NCBI RefSeq assembly: GCF_009914755.1 | Contig: NC_060934.1 | Direction: 5' to 3' (one strand) | Length of the DNA stretch: 64,000 nucleotides | Source: the human T2T-CHM13v2.0 reference genome, Homo sapiens | Shown: positions 55,175 to 64,000 of the stretch, piece by piece | Layout of the letters: each line of letters starts with the position of its first letter | Position numbering within the stretch: position 1 is the first letter of the stretch | The notes under the pieces: model-generated | Seen by the model: only the letters and a program-made list of their open reading frames with translations | Database searches by the model: none | What the model was told of the DNA's origin: nothing | Translations under genes and position numbers: made by a program

Positions 55175-57400
55175 TCCCGCCGTACTGCTTGGAGTCGGAG
55201 CCCGGGCGCTACGCCCCGCCCCGCCCCGCCCGCGCCCCGTCCCGCCCTCCGTCCCGCCCCCTCCCCGCCCTCCGTCCCGCCCCCTCCCCGCCCTCCGTCC
55301 CCGCCCCGCCCTCCATCCCCGCCCCTCACCGTCCGCGCCCAGCCCGCCGGCCCCGCCCAGCCCGCCGGCCCCGCCCTGCCCGCCGGCCCCGCCCTGCCCC
55401 ACGGGCTTGAACCCCGCCCACCTCTTCGTCCCTCCCCACCAAGCCCCGCCTCTCCCCGTCCCGCCGGCTTCAATCCAGCTCTCTAACCCCGCCCGCCTCT
55501 GAGACCCCTCCCCTCCAGCCCCGCCTTTCCCCACCCTGCCGGCTTCAAACCCGCCCTCTAACCCCGCCCACCGCCGCAGCCCCTCCCAGATGGCCCCGCC
55601 CCTCCCCGCCCCGCCAGCTCCAACCCTGCTCACCCTGGCCAGCCCTGCACAGGGCCGAGTCCTGTACATCCAGGCCTGCGCGGTGCCTCTGCCTGGGGCT
55701 CGGCTCTCAAAGCTGCAAACGTGCAGACTTGACATCCTGAGTGGCGGCATTTTTGGAACACAGGCCATGCGATTTTACTTCTGGACGAATTAGGGAGCGC
55801 TCCCAGCCCGTGCAGGGGTTTTTCCCACTCAGGAGTAGGCACTCAGGGATGGGGCTTTCCAGAAACTCTTCCCGCCCCTCCACATACATGTTAACAATTC
55901 CATTTCGCATCTATCTATCCATCTAATACATTATAAAATCAAATTCAAAGTCAAAAACAGTATTTCCAGCCCTCCACCGCCCTGTCCCAACCAGGCTTGC
56001 AGCACTAAAACTCTTGACAGAAATTTTTGAGCTACCCCTGCTTTCCCTGGACACTACTACGGACGGCTCAGACCAGAACAGACATCTTGAGGGACTTGGG
56101 GACGTGTCCACGATGCTGGGGGATTGGACAGTTTCAGGTAGGCTACCCTGGCTTTCCCAAAGTCAAGGTCATGACCTAGATTTCCAAGCAAACGTGCACG
56201 GCCTTCTGTGCTGAAATTGTCCGCTGTCTCTCTCAGAAGAGGGAAGGGAGGCATTCTGTAGTACTGCCAAATAGAAGACCGGTGAAGTTCAGCCTCTCTT
56301 ATTTGCTACTGCATTCTGTACAGAGCAGTCCTGTCCTTTGCTTTGCTGAGATGATCTTGTTCAAATGTGCTGCTAGGCCACCGGAAGTCTCCGCAGTGGT
56401 TTTGCAAAGATAATCATCAGAACCCGCTCAGTGAGGAAAATGAGACTTTAAAGAGCCACCTGAATTTTTTGGTGTGGGTCCTTTTTTTGCAGAAGATACT
56501 AGGAGCATTTTATGGCTTTTTTCCCCAAGGGAGACTATGTTTTTAAAACGCAATGAGCTAGAAGTATCAAAAGATGAAAACTGCAGAGCGATTTCAAAGC
56601 CCGTCAGCTGTTTGGCATTGAGACAACTAAAATTCTGTAAGAAGGGCAAATGGGGTCAAAACACAAAAGGAAATACAATATTGCCTTTAACAACGGCAAC
56701 TATTTCTGAGGCAAAATGTCACATGTCACCTCTGTGAAACTTTAGGATAGAAGCAAATACAGATGAGTGAGGTTCCTGCAGCTCATCTCTGTGAACATGG
56801 ATTGTTGGAGAACCCGCAGCCCGCTCGGGTAACCAACAGGAAACTGGCCAGGAGCAAGCCTATCAATCAAATCATCCACTCTAACCTGCCAGAAGGGTTC
56901 TCTAAAAGAGTTTTTAAAACTTAAGGCAAAGGAAACTCAGCAGTCATATATTTATCTGAATTTTCAAGAAGTTTTGACTAAGAACTGCTCTAAAAAAGAA
57001 TAAGAAAACAAATAATCCTGGAAAAATAAAATGAGGGCATCAAAAACCAGTGAAACACTAGAAAACAATGACAAACAGGGAACATCTGTTCCCCAGAATG
57101 GAAACAAGTTGGTACAGTACTGGATTGAAGTACATCGGTACAGTACTGGATTGAAGTATTATATAATACAAATGTTTTACAGCATTAATCTTTGGAAGGA
57201 AGGAAAAGTTTACAGATGACCCTGGGGCTTCCTAAATCCTACTGTCCCGTATAGAAACACTATGTTTCTAAATATTTTTACTTATTTCCCTGGCTTAATT
57301 TCAGAATTTGGAGAATTGGAACCAAGTGGCAACTTCCAGCATCTTAGATCTAAAGTTTATTTGGTGGATGGGAGCACTGTGAAATGGCTGCCAGTGTATT

Positions 57401-57889
57401 ATTTTTTCAAGTTTCAGTTATTTATTAATCAGTGTAATCTCCAATAGATTACATCAACATGATTTCATTCATTTAGAGGAGAACTATTTCCTGGTGAAGT
57501 GGAAAATTGTGCGGACGGATTCTGGAAGACCTTCAGTCTAAAGCAGCTTTATAGTGAAACATTTCATTTAGAAATCTGGACCTTCTTTCTTCAGTTTGCT
57601 GTGATCCACATTAATTGAGTAGAACTTGAATTGATCATCGGGACCCAGTTTGTTCCAGGGATCTGGGTGATTCTTTCAGTCCCAACTAACATCTGGATTG
57701 AAAAATGCCAGACGCAAGAGATACAGTCCTGCTCCAGTACCTCTAGCTCCAATAAATACTAAGAGGGAGATCAAGTTTGGATGCTTCTTGGCCTGACCGA
57801 TGATCTGGTGGAGCGTGTCTGCGGCAGAGGCCTCCAATTGGAAAGGAGAGAACCAGCCTAGCCACCAGGCCCTGGGCTAAGTAGTATCT
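57401..57889 (-). pseudogene. NDUFA4 (COXFA4) processed pseudogene; CDS remnant 57816..57568
   Basis: Reads (ACG)[86 protein letters not shown] at 57421-57426, short A tail, TSD tgccagtgtatt at 57389-57400 and 57890-57901. Confidence 0.93.
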
Positions 57890-58015
57890 TGCCAGTGTAT
57901 TTTAAAAGGCCTTTGGGAATTTTCTATTCTGCCTGGCCCACTCCTACTACAGATGTAAGATTATAGTTGTACAATTGGTCTTGTTTCATTTAAATTGTTT
58001 TAACTTCTTTTTTAA

Positions 58016-58817
<802 letters not shown>

Positions 58818-59739
58818 TTAGTTTGCACTTTCCATTCTGGGTTCACAAAAGCAAAGCCCATTACTTTTGCAATACACTAGCTATTCTTGCTAGCTGGTTT
58901 GCTTTAGAGTCTGGCTGGATTTTATTTTATTTTTTAAGTGACTCCGTTTCTTTTTAATTTTTGAGGAACCCGGTAACTACCCTGCACCATTTGCAACTGT
59001 GCGTTGGAGAAGCTTTTCTCGTGGTCACTGTGAGGGTAATTTGCACCTCCTATTGCTTGGTATTCTGCTAAAAGGTTTTCATACTTGTTCAAACCAGCAG
59101 GTTGGTGCCACAGTGAGTACTGCAGATCAGCTGCATTTCAGAACTTCACAGTTGGTGAGTCTGTGTCTTGTCCCTGTAGGACAAGTTGGGGCTTGCGGGT
59201 GATGCCAAGGAAAATTCTAGAGGAAGCCGAACAATGCCACAGCAGATGGAAGTATGTGTTCATTTAGGAGGTGGAAGGTGCCTCCATTCTATAAATAGGG
59301 TCACCTTGAAACTGCACTGCTTGCCAAACTCCTTAAATGTGTTCAGGTTTTCCCCACGAGTATATCACTGGATAGTTTATTGCCAAACTTCATTAGTTAT
59401 TTTATTGATAAGGATGATATATTACAGAAGTACACTGTCTCATCAGACATTTTTACTCGAAGTAGAAATACTAAAGGAGGCAAAAGGATCTGTTCTAGCC
59501 TGTCCACAATTAGAGCTTCTGGCCCTTTCAGGAAGAAAGGATGGAGGAGAAAGTAACTGATGAAGAAAGTGAGGGCAGTAGGTAAAGAAGAGGAAAGAGA
59601 TAGAGGAAAATCAGGAAAGGGAGGAGGAAACAAAGAAGGGGAAGAGGTGAGCGCCAGCTGTATACACACCAAGGGCTGCAGCAGCCTCCAGATGCCATGT
59701 CTCCCTGCATCCAGGCTCCATCACTCTTTTCAATAGCGC

Positions 59740-60180
59740 TGCTTGGAAAATTCTTCCATAGCAATCGGAGCATGTTCATCCCCTGACTTAGAAACAATGT
59801 GGCTCCCAGTTGCCTTCTGCATCAAGTCAAATCCCCCTAGGTTGGTGTTCAAGTCCCTTCCACACCATAGCCTCACTGTACCTCTGGTCTTAGCTCTGAC
59901 CTGAGCCTCTCCAGGCCCTCCATATGCCCCGGGCTCCCTTCCTCGTCTCTGGAGGCACCAGGCCCTTGAATGCCCTTTCCTTACTACCTGCCATCACCAA
60001 GGACACAGCTCCCATGTTGCCTCCCCTGCCGAGGGTTTATATGTTTGCCATCATCCCAGCACTAGCCCAGCAGCTCCTGAAGAATCATACGTCATGTGCT
60101 TCTCTCTGTATCTCCATCACCCAAACAGTGCCTGTAACAAAGAGGACACTTCATAAGAGCTATAGAACGAATGAATGAAT
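59740..60180 (+). mobile_element. L2 3' fragment
   Basis: acagtgcctgtaaca...gaatgaatgaat L2-type terminus. Confidence 0.55.
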
Positions 60181-60739
60181 CTATGACACCCCTTTTTTCC
60201 CTGTTTGCCAGCCCAATATCTTTCTAAAGCTGTTTTTAAATTTAATTTTATTTTTATTATTTGAGATGGGGTCTCACTCTGTTACCCAGGCTGGAGTGCA
60301 GTGGCGCGATCTCAGCTCACTGCAATCTCTGGTCCCAGGTTCAAGCAGTTCTCCCACCTTACCCTCCTGAGTATGTGGGACTACAGGCATGTGCCACCAC
60401 ACCTGGCTAATTTTTGTATTTTTTGGTAGAGACAGGGTTTTACCATGTTGACCAGGCTGGTCTCAAACTCCTGACCTCAAGTGATCTGCCTGCCTCGGCC
60501 TCCCAAAGTGCTGGGATTACAGGCATGAGCCATGGAGCCCAGCCTTAGCTGTTTTTTTTTTTTTTTAAATTAAAATTATATCTCTTTTGAGACAGGGTCT
60601 TGCTCTGTTGCCCAGGCTAGAGTTTAGTGGCAGAATCACAGCTTACTGCAGCCTCGAACTCCTGGGCCCAAGAAATCTTTCCGCCTCAACCTAAAGTTGC
60701 TTTTAGTGGGCACCTAATAATATAGCCCATGGAATGTAT

Positions 60740-61135
60740 GGGCTGTGGTGTGATATTTCCATATATACATACAATGTATAATGATCAAATCAGAGTAATT
60801 AGCCAAAAAAATCACCGCAAACATTTGTCCTTTCTTTGCATTGGAAACATTCAAAACCTTCTCTTCTAGCTATTTGAAAATATACAATAAATTGTTAACT
60901 ATTATCTGCCTATAGTGCTATAGAACACCAGAATTTATTCCCCCTATCCAACTACAATTGTGTATTCATTAACCAGCCTCTCTAGTCCCCCTCCCCACTT
61001 CCCTTCCTAGCTCTAGTAACCACTGCTCTACTCTTGACCTTTATGAGATCAATTTTTTTAGCTTCCACATGAGTAAGAACATGAAGAATTTATCCTCCTG
61101 TGCCTGCTTTATTTCACTTAACATGATATCCTCCA
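60740..61135 (-). mobile_element. L1MA 3' fragment
   Basis: Reverse-complement L1 3' UTR (tttcacttaacatgatatcctccag). Confidence 0.75.
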
Positions 61136-61645
61136 GGACATTTTTTTTTTTTTTTTGAGACAGGGTCTCACTCTGTCACCCAGGCTGGCATGCAGTGGCG
61201 TGATCATGGCTCACTGCAGTCTCTACCTCCTGTGCTCGAGCGATCCTTCTGCCTCAGCCTCCTCCGGAGCAGCTGAAACTACAGGCATGCACCACCACAT
61301 CCAGCTAATTTTAAAAATTATTAATACTTTATAGAGACAGGGTCTATGTTGCTCAGGCTGGTCTGAAACTCCTGGGTTCAAGCAATCCTCCCACCTTGGC
61401 TCCCAAAGTGCTAGAATTATAGGTGTGAGCCACTGCACCTGGCTCAGGACCTTTTAATAGTCTAGTTGCAGAAGTATTCAGACACAATTTCTCCTTACCA
61501 TAGATTTTCATAAAAACTCAAAGTAAAGCGATAGGATGGAGAGATAGTTTTACTTGTTTCTTCTGAAAACAGAGATTTCTTCCAGGAATTATATGTGAGC
61601 ACACAGTTGTTCACACTCCTTCAACAACAAAATATGTGGCAGTTA

Positions 61646-62800
<1,155 letters not shown>

Positions 62801-63420
62801 AAGGAAATAAAGAAAATTTTCCTCATAAAATATTAAGGGAAAAATCCAAAAAATGTAAAAAATCAACCACGCAAACCCTAAACTCATTAATGAAAAAATA
62901 AACTACTACTTTGCCTGAACTTGATCAATTCAGGTTAACAAATGTTCAGGAGTGCTGAGCTGCAAATCCACACTTCACTAGGTTCAGCTTCCTAAAGGTC
63001 AAAGTTCCAGCAGGAAGCTCTCCCTAGAAACCAAGCTTCAGGAATAAAAAGCCAGAAGAAGGGAAACTGTAATTTGGGAAGGGTAGTTCCATCTGATCTA
63101 CAGCCAAACCAGCCACTCGCAAAATCTAGAACAAGCGGCAGTTCTCTGGTCTCAGGTCACAGCAAAAAATCCTTGCAAAATTGGAACTATTTGCTAAACT
63201 TGGCATTGCTCTCACTGAAAGGTAAGTGAAACAAACAAAAAAAAGGTGATTTTTATATCTAGTTTTTCCATTTTTAACAATAATAACTACTGTTTAATAA
63301 AGTCCCCTGGTATATTAGACATCTGTTTTACACATATTATTTTAAAAATTCTCCCTCTTAATATATATTATTTAATTATTATTATTATTATTATTTTTGA
63401 GACAGAGTCTCACTCTGTAG

Positions 63421-63543
<123 letters not shown>

Positions 63544-63794
63544 TAATTTTTGTATTTTTAGTGGAGACAGGGTTTCGCCATGTTGGCCAGGTTGGTCTCG
63601 AATTCCTAACCTCAAATGATCTGCCCGCCTCAGCTTCCCAAAATATTGGGATTACAGGTGTGGGCCACCGTGCCTGGCCTTGTTTATTATTTTAATTAAT
63701 TTTTTTTTAAGACAGCGTCTCACTTGCTGCACAGTCTAGAGCATAGTGGCATGATTACGGCCCACTGCAGCCTTGACCTCCCAGGCTCAAGTGA

Positions 63795-63998
<204 letters not shown>

Positions 63999-64000
63999 AA

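Larger units (their letters stand above)
54300..55700. promoter_or_regulatory. CpG island / TATA-less NMT2 promoter with many GC boxes
   Basis: Very high GC and CpG density around exon 1; numerous CCCCGCCC (Sp/KLF) sites at 55210-55620. Confidence 0.92.

Noticed and set aside
54254-55768. Long Pro/Arg/Gly-rich ORFs on both strands (up to 309 aa)
   Set aside because: Stop codons are depleted in a CpG island; only the last 37 codons of ORF 54992..55768 are NMT2 exon 1.
57111-57158. 26-bp tandem duplication ggtacagtactggattgaagta
   Set aside because: Simple local duplication in old L1-like sequence; two copies without spacers, not CRISPR-like.

Overview
Primate, almost certainly human, genomic DNA that is dense in Alu elements (about 54 copies or fragments). 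It carries the 5' nine coding exons of NMT2 (glycylpeptide N-tetradecanoyltransferase 2) on the minus strand. The ATG is at 55105 inside a CpG-island promoter, and exons 1-9 splice in frame with GT-AG boundaries to give 1170 nt (390 codons); the remaining exons lie beyond the left edge of the window. Two processed pseudogenes are present. A PPIA/cyclophilin A retrocopy in intron 1 still has an open reading frame and a perfect 30-bp in-frame duplication. An NDUFA4 (COXFA4) retrocopy upstream of the promoter has clear target-site duplications. The most interesting signal is in intron 2: an intact 43-nt cassette exon (HNTIWQQISAGAAM-G) and a decayed partner exon (G-SATMEGEW..., donor CTGAGT instead of GTGAGT, 49 nt). 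Together they match the 31-aa insert I recall in mouse Nmt2, so in this genome the surviving exon can act only as a poison exon or as an in-frame substitute for exon 3. The rest is L1, MaLR/ERVL LTR, MIR/L2 and DNA-transposon debris, microsatellites and a 1.1-kb CAC/CAT repeat. Repeat subfamily names and repeat edges were read by eye and are approximate. No prokaryotic-type system, CRISPR array or structural RNA gene is evident.
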